A stretch of DNA of 64,000 bases from Octopus sinensis (lineage: Eukaryota). Shown here in pieces: positions 51,961-64,000 of the stretch. Both the position numbers and the translations under genes were made by a program. The notes beneath the pieces are model-generated. The model saw only the letters and a program-made list of their open reading frames with translations, was not told where the DNA came from and made no database searches. The stretch spans positions 5,518,001 through 5,582,000 of the forward strand of contig NC_043020.1 in NCBI RefSeq assembly GCF_006345805.1, written 5' to 3'. How positions within the stretch are numbered: the stretch's first letter is position 1; the number at the start of each line of letters is the position of its first letter.

Positions 51961-52857
51961 AAAATGCCAGATGCATATCAGCTCAGTTAGGCATCATCAG
52001 CAACATATACTCTCAGCCTGGATGGGGTTTGTTGCCTCTCATATAGTTACAATATTTGTAACTCACATATGGCAAAAAAAAGAAGAAAAATAATAAAATC
52101 AAACAGTCTTCGATTAACTATGAACGTACATTTCTGGATTAGAATTATTAGATTCATTTCCTTCATCAACATAATATCCCAATAAATAAATCTAGAAATG
52201 CTAGGAAAATTTACCCCTTATAATTAATCGAAGACTGTTTGATTTCATTGTTTTTCTTCTTTTTTTTGCCATATGTAAGTTATAAATATTGTTGTCTGTG
52301 GAGACATATTTTTGTAGAGAAAGGAAATAGTAGTCCTTTGGCTGCTATTTCTAAAATTTTCAGTATGCGGTCAAGCAACTTGTTGCTAAACCCTTATTGT
52401 TATATATATATATATATATATACTACACATACAATGGGCTTCTTACAATTTCCTAGCTGAATATGCCTCAATGGGACTTGAACCCAGAACCATGTGGTTG
52501 GGAAGGAAACTTCTTACCACATAGCCATGCTATTGAGTATGATACATAGATGGCTACTTTAATCTAATTCTGTGTCAGTTGAGTGCATTGTAACTATTAT
52601 GACAGGAAAATTTGTGAGAGAAATTTTATATTTTTAGCAACAGAAAACAACCCATCCATGACCATGTTGAACAAAATACAAGTCTTGGATGAATATAAGC
52701 CTACGCTTGAAAATATTCCAGGTCAGTTCTTTGAAAATGGATGAAGCATGAAGGTTTCAATGAAAGGACTAAGAATCCTCTTTAGAGACATTAACAGGTG
52801 TGTAGACAGTTATTTCAAAAAGCATTTCTTTGTAAAGAACAAATGTTGATCAACTGA

Positions 52858-53435
52858 AGTAGTGGCTGTGTGGTAAGTAGCTTGTTTACCAACCACATGG
52901 TTCCAGGTTCAATCCCATTGCATGACACCATGAACAAGTATCTTCTTCTATAGCCTCGGGCCGACCAAAGCCTTGTGAGTGGATTTGGTAGACGGAAACT
53001 GAAAGAATCCCATCGTATATATGTATCAGGAGTGGCTGTGTGGTAAGGAGCTTGCTTCCCAACCACATGGTTCTGGGTTCAATCCCACTGCGTGGCACCT
53101 TGGGCAAGTGTCTTCTACTATAGCCTCGGGCCGACCAAAGACTTGTGAGTGGATTTGGTAGACGGAAACTGAAAGAAGCCCGTCGTATATATGTATATAT
53201 ATATATGTGTGTGTGTGTGTATGTTTGTGTGTCTGTGTGTGTCCCCCTAGCATTGCTTGACAACCGATGCTGATGTGTTTACGCCCCTGTAACTTAGCGG
53301 TTCAGCAAAAGAGACCGATAGAATAAGTACTGGGCTTCCAAAAGAATAAGTCCTGGGGTTGATTTGCTCGACTAAAGGCGGTGCTCCAGCATGGCCGCAG
53401 TCAAATGACTGAAACAAGTAAAAGAGTGAAAGAGA
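52858..53435 (+). mobile_element. Family A SINE head followed by a full-length copy
   Basis: Two tandem heads (52858, 53027), then body and tail. Confidence 0.85.
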
Positions 53436-53449
53436 GTAAACGTCCAAGT

Positions 53450-54075
53450 TGTGATAGAAAAGGTCAAGTGTGCCAGAGCAGAGTGGAAGTGGAAGAAGAT
53501 AACATCCAAACCATCAACAGCTGCCGAAAAATGTCCGCTTGATACTATTTTCCTATGAGACACGACATTGTCGCTGAAACTATTTACAATGTTATTCGGA
53601 GGGAGGATTGTCCTGGCCATGTGAGAACCAGGATGTATCCACACCCTAAAAAAAAAGTAAAGAATACTTGTGGAACATTCCATTAAACAAAAAACCAAAA
53701 AATAAAACAAACCAAAACGAAAGAACATCAACACAATAAGCCAGATATTATTCTATGGAAGCTATTTTGTCTGTCTTTGCAATCAAATTCTGCCAAGGTC
53801 GACTTTGCCTTTCATCCTTTTGGGGTCGATAAATCAAGTATCAGTTGCATACTGGAGTCGATCTAATTGACTGGCCCTCTCCCCCGAAAATTTCAGGCCC
53901 TGTGCTTAGAGTAGAAAAGATTATTCTATGGAAACAGGAGCAAAATTTATGCACTGTTTTAGGGGTCAGGTGTCTGGTGGACGTAAATGTTACATCAAAA
54001 GTTGCAGAAAGTAACCGGAGAACTAATAAGAAAGCCACAGCTTTCATATCCAAGGCTATGGGTTTTCATTTGTAG
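53450..54075 (+). mobile_element. R4/Dong- or NeSL-like non-LTR retrotransposon C-terminal relic (zinc knuckle + restriction-like endonuclease)
   Basis: C..VE..ED..QTINSC.KMSA*YY.PMRHDIVAETIYN, EYLWNIP, HNKPDIILW, then IILWKQEQNLCTV...DVNV resumes after a SINE insertion. Confidence 0.7.
53761..53919 (+). mobile_element. 5'-truncated family B SINE with 14-bp TSD
   Basis: ATTATTCTATGGAA at 53747-53760 and 53920-53933. Confidence 0.85.
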
Positions 54076-54104
54076 AGGTGCATGGCTTAATGGTTAGGGT
54101 GTTA

Positions 54105-54520
54105 GGCGGCGAGCTGGCTGAAATGTTAGCACGCCGGGCAAAATGCTTAGCGGTATTTCATCTGGCGTTACGTTCTGAGTTCAAATTCCACCGAGGTCGA
54201 TTTTGCCTTTCATTCCTTTCAGGGTCGATTAAATACGTATCAGTTACGCACTGGGGTCGATGTAATCGACTTAATCCATTTGTCTGTCCTTGCTTGTCCT
54301 CTCTGTGTGTAGCCCCTTGTGGGTAGTAAAGAAATAGGTATTTCATCTGCCGTTATGTTCTGAGTTCAAATTCCGCCGAGGTCGACTTTCCCTTTCCTCC
54401 TTTCGGAGTCAATAAATTAAGTACCAGTTACGCACTGGGGTCGATGTAATCAACTTAATCTCTTTGTCTGTCTTTGTTTGTCCTCTCTGTGTTTAGCCCC
54501 TGTGGGTAGTAAAGAAATAG
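54105..54520 (+). mobile_element. Family B SINE, multimeric
   Basis: Head followed by two complete internal units. Confidence 0.85.
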
Positions 54521-56006
54521 GTTAGGGTGTTAGGCTCATGATCCTAAGATTGTGGTTTCGATTCTTAGACTGGGTGACTCGCTTTGTTCTGAGCAAAATA
54601 ATTTATTTTATGCTGCTCCAGTCTACTCAGCTGGCAAAAATGAGTAATCCTGCAATGGGGTTCATAAAATAAGTACCGGTTAAATACTGGGGGTCGGTGT
54701 ACTTGATTTAGCCCTTTCCAGAAATTGCTGACCTTGCGGCAAAATTTGAAGCCAATATTTCAGAGTTATAAGGTCTAACAATGGGAGGGGCACTGGTGGA
54801 TCTGGTCAGCTCTACACTCAATGACACACCTGGGGCTACAAACCAGGGAAGATCCCAGCTCCATCAAGCAAGTGCACGACAGAGAGAGTGTCGTAAGGTG
54901 ATGAGGTGGCAGAATCTTCACAGCGCCAAGCAAAAGGCTTTGCGACATTTCATCCATCTTTTTATTCTGAGTTTAAATTCCACTGAGGTCGATTTCCAAC
55001 TTTGCCTTTCATACTTTTGGGGTCAATAAAATAAGTACCAGCTGAGCACTGGGATCAATGTAATTGACTTTACCCCTGCCCCCAAAATTGCTGGCCTCGT
55101 GCAAGAATTTGAAACCAGCATTTCAGAATTTGGGCCCCATCTTCAAGAAATCTTTGGAGAAATGGTGTCATTCATCACCTTCCTACCCTGTCCATTGTCA
55201 TATCCTCCACATCATCTTCCAACTCTTGGATCTTTCCATGGATGTATGATACCCCTACTCTTGCACATCTCCTGTGCTTCTCACTTCCTCCACCCTGAGC
55301 CCTAGCTCACCTGTTCCCCCCACACACAAATTAACAATAAAAATCAATTTATATATGACTACAAACCATCCTGACATTAAAAAGCATTCCAGATGTGACC
55401 CTCTAGCCTTTTAATCAGTGTTCCCTCCATACTGGTATTTACCCTCAATCTCACCTCCACCCTTTTTCACCTCCCACAACAACCACCTCTAGCCCCCATA
55501 TCCACCCATCTGTCACCCTCCACCCATAATCTTATGAATTACCCACCCTGTCCTCCCCTCCTGATCCACAGGCTATATCCCCCTTGAGACAGCATTCACC
55601 CGGGGTGGGTTGAGCTGGTTTCATTCATCCTCAATGCTGCATCTCTCACAAACGCTGACCAGACCTGGTGATTTGAGGCTAACGGCCGCACGATCTCCAA
55701 CCACTCCTTATTCCAGCTCAAACACCGTAGATATGGGGGCCTAGGTTGGGTTCCAGATCAGCCTTGACTGTCATCAGCCAGGTTTTTCGTTGTCCAACCC
55801 CAGGACTTATTCTTTGGAAGCCTAGTACTTACTCTATCGGTCTCTTTCGCTGAACTGCTAAGTTACGGGGACGCAAACACACCGCCATCAGTTGTCAAGC
55901 AATGTTGGGGGGACAAACACAGACACACAAACATATACAAACATATATATATATATATATAAGATTGACTTCTTTCAGTTTCCGTCTACCAAATCCACTC
56001 ACAAGG

Positions 56007-56262
56007 TTTCACCAACCCTGAAGGGGAGATGGGGCAATTGCTTTGTAGATGAATTCTCCAGGTTGACGACGGAGGGCATGACCCAGCCAATGCAGACGTC
56101 TTGTTAGGATGACTTGTCAGTTGTCGGAAGGAGGTGATTCTGCACTGGTGTCGCACCAAATTGTTGGAGACAAAGTGGTGCCATCGGACACGAAGGATGC
56201 TGCGTAGACAGAGGTGATCGAAGGATTCTATTTGCTTGATATCTTCCACCCTCATTGGCCAT
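56007..56262 (-). mobile_element. RTE-like LINE fragment
   Basis: Minus frame WPMRVEDIKQIESFDHLCLRSILRVRWHHFVSN, typical of RTE post-RT regions. Confidence 0.7.
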
Positions 56263-57064
56263 GACTCACTGCCACAAAGGAGAATCTATATCCACCCCTA
56301 ACAGCATGATTACTTTCTTGTACCTTGAGAGTATGCTCTGGCACCCTGTCACCACCATCTTAATGTCTCTCCCACCCAATCTCACCTACCCTTGCATAAT
56401 GCAGGCTACCCATGTACCTCCACTGTGGAAAGATACCTGTGCTTGTCCCTCTATTATACCCTGTGGTTCTCAGCCCTTTTTTTTTTTTTTATCTATGGAC
56501 CCCTTTGATTCCTATTTTACTCAAATGCTTCCACCCCTCACCCCAAAGTCATATTTTTATAATTAAACATTATTAGGGATTGTATTAAAACAATTGTTAA
56601 CACATAGGTGCAGATGTGGCTGTGTGGTAAGAAGCTTGCTTTCCAGCCACATGGGTCCAGGTTCAGTCTCATTGCATGGCACCTTGGGCAAGTGTTTTCT
56701 ATAGCCTCTGGCTGAGCAAAGCTTTGTGAGTGGATTTAATAGACAGGAACTGAAAGAAGCCCATCATCATCATCATCATCATAATCATCATCGCTTAATG
56801 TCTGTTTTCCATGCTGGCATGGGTTGGACGGTTTGACTGAGGACTGGCAAGCCAGGAGGTCGCATTAGGCTCCAATTTGATCTGGTAATGTTTCTACAAC
56901 TGGATGCCCTTGCTAATGCCAACCACTCCAAGAGTGTAGTGGGTGCTTTTTACGTGCCACCGGCAAGGGAGCCAGTCAGGCGGCACTGGCAGCGGCCACA
57001 TTTGGATGGTGCTTTTTACGTGTTACCAGCACAGGAGCCAGTCAGGGCAGGGGTGGTGGTGCTG

Positions 57065-57115
<51 letters not shown>

Positions 57116-57306
57116 TCACTTATACATACTGTACTTATTGTATCATATTACACATTGATGTGCATTGTTTTGTTCTATACTATTATGTTTGACCTTGATG
57201 TTCATATGTAGTGGTTTAATAAATTATGTGATTAGGTATTATCTGGTAGTTGACTATTGATTAAGGTGTATTTCTCCATTTTCTTATTTTGTATATATAT
57301 ATATAT

Positions 57307-57972
57307 GCCCCTGGAAGCTCCTCTAGGCTGATGACCTATCCCTTATAGCAGAATCACTACCAGAACTAGAGAAGAAATTTCAGATGTGGAAGCAAGGTTT
57401 AGAATCAAAGGGCCTTAAAGTCAATGCTGCAAAGACCAAAATTCTAGTAAGTAGGAAGGCAAACACATCACACACCCCTTCAGGAAGGTGGCCCTGCTCG
57501 ATCTGTAGAAAAGGTGTAGGTAGAAACTCCGTAAGATATATCCAGTTTGAGCTATGGACACATAAGAGGTGCAGCAACATCAAAAGAAGATTAACTGGGA
57601 AGATAGCTTTCGTGTGCAGCTGATGCACAAGGGCAATAAACACAATAGGTGCTCAGAAAACAGATTCCATCACACTCCAGGGAGAGAAACTAGCAGTAGG
57701 TGATAGCTTCTGCTACCTAGGTGACCAAGTTAGTAGTGGAGCTGGATGATCAGAGAGTGTTACCACTAGAATAAGAAAGAATAGTCTGGGCAAAGTTCAG
57801 AAAGCTTCACTCTCACTCAGAGTAAAAGGTAGATTGTATGATGCATGTGTGTAAACTGCCATGCTTCACATCAGTGAAACATGGGCCGTGATTGCTGAAG
57901 ACATGCGTAGGCTCAGAAGAAATGAAGCTAGAATGACCCGCTGGATGTGTAGTGTCAGTGTGCATACACGAC
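57307..57972 (+). mobile_element. RTE-clade LINE reverse transcriptase fragment
   Basis: PWKLL*ADDL.LIAESLPELEKKFQMWKQGLESKGLKVNAAKTK...WPCSICRKGVGRNS...HKRCS...FCYLGD...ETWAV; stops and frameshifts. Confidence 0.85.
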
Positions 57973-58008
57973 AGATAGATAGATAGCCAGATAGATAGAG
58001 ACAGGCAA

Positions 58009-58065
<57 letters not shown>

Positions 58066-58070
58066 CAGAT

Positions 58071-58156
<86 letters not shown>

Positions 58157-58270
58157 ACTGACAGACAGACAGACAGAAAGAGATAGATAGATAGATAGAT
58201 AGATGGACAGACAGACAGATAGATAGATAGAGCCATGGAAACAGACAGACAGGTAGGCAGAGGGACAGAC
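57972..58270. repeat. (GATA)n/(GACA)n/(GGCA)n tetranucleotide tract
   Basis: Direct reading; similar tracts at 37545-37730 and 59880-60080. Confidence 0.9.
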
Positions 58271-58314
58271 AAACATAGCACACAGAGAGACAGATAAGGA
58301 GGTAAAGATTCACA

Positions 58315-58650
58315 CGAACACACGCGCGCACACGCGCGCACACGCACACACGCGCGCGCACGCACACAATAAAATCTGGGATCCTCCTTTTCTATTTCAA
58401 AACAGATATTGACTAAACCTAACAATTATTAATAATTATCATATCTAAATAAACTTCCAACAACGTTTATATATACATGTATATATTTACACATCTAAAC
58501 ACACACACACACATTCTTTAATAACCATGTTAACGTGCGCGTGCGTAAGGGGAGGTGCGCGTGCGTGCGTATGAGGGAGGGGGGGTGCGTGCGTGACCGT
58601 CCTTGAGAGTTTAGGTTCAAGGTCGTCACCGCCGTCGATCGCTTTCTATT
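58315..58650 (+). promoter_or_regulatory. CpG-rich putative PGM promoter region with two NRF1-like GTGCGCGTGCGT motifs
   Basis: Local CpG/GC enrichment ~0.7-1 kb upstream of the ATG; GTGCGCGTGCGT at 58535-58546 and 58555-58566; CT-rich tracts downstream. Confidence 0.4.
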
Positions 58651-58753
58651 GTTGGTAATAAGAGCACGCCTGCCTCTGCCTCTGCCTCCCTCCTCCTCTC
58701 TCTCTCTCCTGTTTACTCTCGTACTCTCTCTCTCTCTCTGTCTCTTCCTGTCT

Positions 58754-58794
<41 letters not shown>

Positions 58795-59377
58795 TCTCTC
58801 CATTAAGCGTACACACACTCTCTCTGCCTATCCTTCTTTTCTTACATTTTTCTCCCTCTGCCTCTTCCTCCTTCCTCCGCCCTCCCTTTCACACTATTAC
58901 TCTCACTTCCCCCTCTCTCTATCCTTCTTATACAGTGTCATAACAGCAATTTATACATACCTTAACCTATATATATACATATATATATCTACACATACAC
59001 ACATAAATATAAATATATAAATATATATATACATAGATAGATAGATAGATAGATCTTAGCTGTATCTATCACGCTACCGACCGAGAAGGAATTTGTCTGT
59101 TTCTGTCGCAGACTTTCCTCTCTTTCTTTCTTCCTCTCTCTTTTATTCCATCCAAAAAACGCAGAAACGGCGTCGAATTAAGGCCGTTAAGATTCTACCA
59201 ATTCCTTCAGATCAGCATTATTTTTGGTTTGTTTCATTTCCATTTTCTTCAGTTCTAATTCCCAGCCAAGCTTAAATACTTCCACTCCACACCACAAGCT
59301 ACAAGTCGGGACTCTAAACTCCAAGAGAGACCATTAAAAAAACCCCGCCACCTCAAAAACCACAGAAATAGCCCAAC

Positions 59378-59623
59378 ATGGCCCTGGAGGTTTCAACAGT
59401 GATCACCAAGCCGTATGACGGTCAAAAACCGGGAACAAGCGGCCTCCGCAAACCTGTGAAGGTGTATATGGAAGAGAACTACACGGAGAACTTTATACAG
59501 TCGATGCTGACCGCGGCCCTGGGGGATAAACTGAAAAACTGCACCCTGGTCATTGGAGGTGATGGACGATATTATGTCAAAGAAGCTGTCCTCAAGATCG
59601 TCCAGATGTGTGCTGCCAACGAT
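59378..59623 (+). CDS. PGM1: Phosphoglucomutase (PGM1-like), coding exon 1 (82 codons); intron follows
   Basis: Good Kozak context (caacATGg). Translation MALEVSTVITKPYDGQKPGTSGLRKPVKV...NYTENFIQS...TLVIGGDGRYY...CAAND contains the PGM motifs QKPGTSGLRK and GGDGRYY. Homology ends at a GAT|GTATGT donor (59624), followed by microsatellites. Confidence 0.95.
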
Positions 59624-59808
59624 GTATGTATACACCAACGTATATCTATTGTATATTATATACTGTATATTAGACGTGTATATTACATGTAACACAGACA
59701 CGCACACATTATTGTACGTGCATATATATGTGTGTGTGTCTGTGTGTCACACTTACATATATAATATTGTTCACAGTTTCATACGTATGTATATATATAT
59801 ACATATAT

Positions 59809-59883
<75 letters not shown>

Positions 59884-59943
59884 GATATATAGATAGAGAG
59901 AGAGAGAGGTGTAGATAGATAGAAATAGATAGATAGATAGATC

Positions 59944-59980
<37 letters not shown>

Positions 59981-60035
59981 CTAGATAGATAGATAGATAG
60001 ATAGATCGACAGATGGATAGATAGATCGATAGATG

Positions 60036-60078
<43 letters not shown>

Positions 60079-60855
60079 GTGTGTGTGTGTGTGTAAATCA
60101 TCTCTGTGTATGCATGTATATACATATGTATGCGTGTATTTATGTATGTATATATATGCGGGTGTGTCTGTGTGTGTGTGTGTGCGGTTTTTAAATGCTA
60201 TTTATATCTCGGTCATCTCCGATAGCAAGCAAAACTACAATCAGAGACAATCCAGATGTGACTACCTCATATATTCTCCCTATATGCAAGCAAAAGAATG
60301 CACGACCGAATTCTTCAAGTTACACGTCCTTTAACTGTGACATAAGACGATTTTTGGCTGCCATTTCTAGCCTCTCGATTGTCCTCCTACAGGTTCCCTT
60401 GTTAACTTGACTGCATTTAATTGCTCTTAGACCAATGATCAAAGATGTGTTCCCACCGTGACCATCCTAACAGTTATTTACAACTGTAGTTGTAGTAGTA
60501 GTAGTAGTAGTTCGTGTTTAACAAATTCCTCCTCAAAGACGGTTCTCTGATTACCCCGACCTATGACGAAAGGCGCTTCAGTTATGACCTTCTCGCCTCT
60601 TATTCAACTATCGTCTATGTGTATCTAGGACTACATTATTCAATGTGTCCTTATATTTATTAATTATTTATTTTGGTGACGATAAAGCGAAATTTAAATG
60701 AAATTTTGGCTGTTATTTCAAGCACTTCAGATGACCACGTAGAAGGCGCCCTGTTATCCAATGATTTAACATGATCGAAGTCGCTGTTTAGCCCTTGGCC
60801 AATCCTATCCTGATCAAGCAAACTTATGATCAAAGACATTCCATATTTGGGCGGA

Positions 60856-60971
60856 GGTGAAGAATACGCAAGCCACCCGTTTTCGGCGTAACCCTAATCC
60901 TAAAACTAACCCTGACCCTAAACCCTAACCCTAACCCCAACCCTAAACACCGAGTGTGCATATTCTTTACC
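60856..60971. mobile_element. Small MITE with internal telomere-like (TAACCC)n
   Basis: TIR GGTGAAGAATACGCA / TGCATATTCTTTACC; degenerate TAACCC repeats at 60889-60946. Confidence 0.55.
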
Positions 60972-61464
60972 ACACTGTACTTTTAGCAGCATCTGAAGAT
61001 TTAACTGTTATGTCTAGCATTCGAGCGTCCACATACCGATCCACCATTTTGACAATGTTGTTTAGCCCTGGGCCACTGCGTGACCCAGTAGACCTATGAT
61101 TAGAGACAATCCAGTTTTGGTTATCCTGTATATATATATTTCAGAATCTAATCAAGAAAACCGTTTCTAAAGTGTAGTTCCTTTTATTTTTAATTTGATA
61201 CTATTTAACGGGAGATTTGGCTGCTAAAACATGAAGCCCTATTTGCACCAGGAATATTCAATTTCTCTCTCATTGTGGGCCACTTGCCGATTATTAGCGA
61301 TTATTTCTGATTATTAACGATTGTTTGTTTACATTTTACTACTTCAAATATATTTGGTGGTCTTTGAATAAATGGCTGTATATATGTGTGTACTTACGTG
61401 TGTGTGTGTATGCATACATGTATGTGTATGTACATATGTGTGTATGCGTGTGTATATATATATA

Positions 61465-61668
61465 TTAAGGAGATGTACTTGCATAGCAAGTGACCTGATC
61501 TGAGATTGTGTGCTGGAACGAAAACAATTGCAGCATGGAAGGTGTTTATAAGCCATTTAAGAAACACACAAAAACCATTAGATTCACTTCAACATTTAAA
61601 TTTAATTTGTCAAAATATTTTCGTCACTTTGAGACCGTGACCTGTTCACTGACAAAATTCCTTGCTGC
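61465..61668 (+). mobile_element. Repeat family G, uninterrupted copy
   Basis: TAAGGAGATGTACTTGCATAGCAAGTG...GACAAAATTCCTTGCTGC; internal GCAGCATGGA and terminal TCC.TGCTGC are inverted. Confidence 0.7.
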
Positions 61669-61701
61669 CTATTATTTATATATATATATATATATATATA
61701 G

Positions 61702-62090
61702 GATTGGCTTGCCAACCACATGGTTCTGAGCACAGTCCCACTGCGTGGCACCTTGGGCAAGTGTCTTCTACTATAGCCTCATGTCACCCAAAAGCCTTGT
61801 GAGTGGATTTGGTAGACGGAAACTGAAAGAAGCCCGTCGTATATATGTATATGTATATATACGTGTGTGTGTGTGTGTATGTTTATGTCTCTGTCTGTCC
61901 CCCCAACATCGCTTGACAATCGATGCTGGTGTGTTTACGTCCCCGTAACTTAGCGGTTCGGCAAAAGAGACCGATAGAATAAGTACTAGGCTTACAAAGA
62001 ATAAGTCCTGGGGTGTCGATTTCTTCGACTAAAGGCGGTGCTCCAGCATGGCCGCAGTCAAATGACTGAAACAAGTGAAAGAGTAAAGAG
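61702..62090 (+). mobile_element. Family A SINE in PGM intron
   Basis: Matches the family consensus. Confidence 0.85.
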
Positions 62091-62114
62091 TATATATATG
62101 TGCGTGTATATGTG

Positions 62115-62184
<70 letters not shown>

Positions 62185-62439
62185 TGTGTGTGTATATATC
62201 TATGTGTCTTGTAATTTTAACCAATTCCAGATGAGAAGGGGAGATAATCTCAGCAATCCCAAATTCTCCCACACTGTTATGCCGTTAAGGAAAATGCAAT
62301 GTAATTGGTGACAAAAATGGACAGCTGTCATTGCACGTTTCTACCCTGATGTGTGTCATCAGCACAGCTGGTGTCTTACCTTGAAACCAGCAGCCTACCT
62401 AGTTGGACTTATACCAAGAGAATGGAAAACATTTATAAG

Positions 62440-62588
62440 CATGGCTGTGTGGTAAGAAGCTTGCTTCCCAACTACATGGTTCCAGGTTCAGTCCCACTGC
62501 ATGGCACCTTGGGCAAGTGTATTTTACTATAGCCTCGGGCCGATCAAAGCCTTGTGAGTGGATTTGGTAGACAGAAACTGTCAGAAGC

Positions 62589-62632
<44 letters not shown>

Positions 62633-62860
62633 CACACATAAATATATGTGTGTTTTTGTTTGTGTGTTTGTGTTTGTCCTCCCACCATCGCTTGACAACC
62701 AATGTTGGTGTGTTTACAACCCCGTAACTTAACAGTTTGGCCAAAGATGCCAGCGAAATAAGTATTAGGTTTACAAAGAATAAGTCCTGGGGTTGAGTTG
62801 TTCAACTGAAGGTGGTGCTCCAGCGTGGCCACAGTCAAATGACTGAAACAAATAAAAGAA
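62440..62860 (+). mobile_element. Family A SINE in PGM intron
   Basis: Matches the family consensus. Confidence 0.85.
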
Positions 62861-63607
62861 TATATACATAGTCAATTTGAGGATATTAGATCCACATTGG
62901 GTATTAAGTAATCCAAAAAATTCCGCTGGTTAATCACTATCATACAGGGAGATTCAGTGCAACACAGAATGTGATATGGCTGGCCCTTTGAAATACATGT
63001 ACAACTCACTTTTGCCAGCTGAGTGGACTGGGGCAATGTAGAATAAAGTGTCTTGCTCAAGGACACAACGAATCACCTGGAATTGAACTCGTGACCACTC
63101 AGCCATACGCCTTCATAGATGTGACACCCCGGACAGATAAAGGGTTAAAACAGTACATGAGGAGAAGGGGAGATAATCTCATGAATCTCGTTCTCCAAAG
63201 TAGGACACTTGATGTGCTAATGATGCCTAATGGAGTAGAAACATGTCCTCTTCTTTCCAATCAAAAACATGCATGTTAGTATTAGAGAATCCTTTTTATT
63301 CTCAGGATTATCTCCCCTCCTCGTTGGAAGTTGATTGCAATTGCCACTAGACATTTGCTTAGTCTTCCCTGAAACGGAAAATAATTACAACAAATCAAGT
63401 ATTAAAAGCAAATTTATTAATTTTCATTGCTTGTATATATTCTACTGGCCACCCTGAGTTATTTCCCTTAGGTCATTTTCAGTGCCTACACCCACCCCTG
63501 CATGGATTAAACAGAATTTGCTAAGATGCATTTTCTGAGGCAGGATGCCCTTCCTAATGCTAAACTACATTACAGAGTGCACCAGCCCTAGTAAGGTCAT
63601 CAGGTAA

Positions 63608-63726
63608 ATTATTTACATTATTTACATTCAACGGGTATTTGCCCTCATCTTGTTTGTTGTTAACACAACGTTTCGGCTGATACAGCCTCCAGCCTTCATC
63701 AGGTGTCTTGGGGAAATTTCGCACCT
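63608..63726 (-). mobile_element. Headless copy of the hammerhead repeat in PGM intron 1
   Basis: Reverse complement matches TACCTTAAGAATGAGAACCCAGG...AATGTAAATAATGTAAATAA of the family; immediately followed by the family 3' end AATATAGAACTG in the opposite orientation. Confidence 0.8.
63662..63707 (-). ncRNA. Minimal type I hammerhead ribozyme motif (intact core)
   Basis: Minus strand GACAC CTGATGA A GGCTG gaggctgtat CAGCC GAAAC GTT GTGTT. Confidence 0.75.
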
Positions 63727-64000
63727 GGGTTCTCATTCTTAAGGTAAATATAGAACTGTGTTATCAAGTAACTTTTAAGATAAAACCCTTCGTCTGAGGG
63801 TGTGGTGGTAGGGGATTAGTATTGAGGGAACCAGTCAATAAGTGGTTGGTGAAAACAGATAATTTTCCAGGAGTGACGAGTTCAAAGAAGCTATGTGGGG
63901 ACATTGCTGTCTCTTGGTCTTAGGGCTCATAGGACCAGTTTGGTTCCGTGGCAAATATGTGACCGAAATCAATACATCCCAGCTAACTGAAAAAATGAAG

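Noticed and set aside
55120-55300. Possible further PLE linker fragment
   Set aside because: Too degenerate to assign by eye.
57328-57340. CTGATGA motif (also near 10876)
   Set aside because: Encodes the RT ADD motif or lies in unrelated sequence; no downstream GAAAC or stems.

Overview
Eukaryotic, AT-rich window dominated by repeats: (TA)n/(CA)n/(GA)n/(GATA)n microsatellites, tRNA-derived SINEs, MITEs and decayed transposon fragments. The repeat repertoire suggests an octopod cephalopod (Octopus-like); this is an inference, not a database match. The only confident gene feature is coding exon 1 of a phosphoglucomutase (59378-59623, + strand), whose first intron runs off the window end. There is also one near-intact tRNA-Gln(CTG) copy. 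Almost all ORFs in the supplied track are microsatellite or SINE artefacts. Recognisable transposon relics: two Penelope-like (PLE) GIY-YIG lineages (one Naiad-like), mariner (D34D), maT (D37D), RTE, CR1-group, an R4/NeSL-like element, Helentron-type HINEs, and piggyBac- and hAT-type MITEs. The most notable observation is a short repeat family joining a tRNA-like Pol III head to a minimal type I hammerhead ribozyme of the kind found in PLE terminal repeats. There are four copies: two have an intact catalytic core and two form a head-to-head palindrome. It co-occurs with PLE relics and several foldback insertions in (TA)n tracts.
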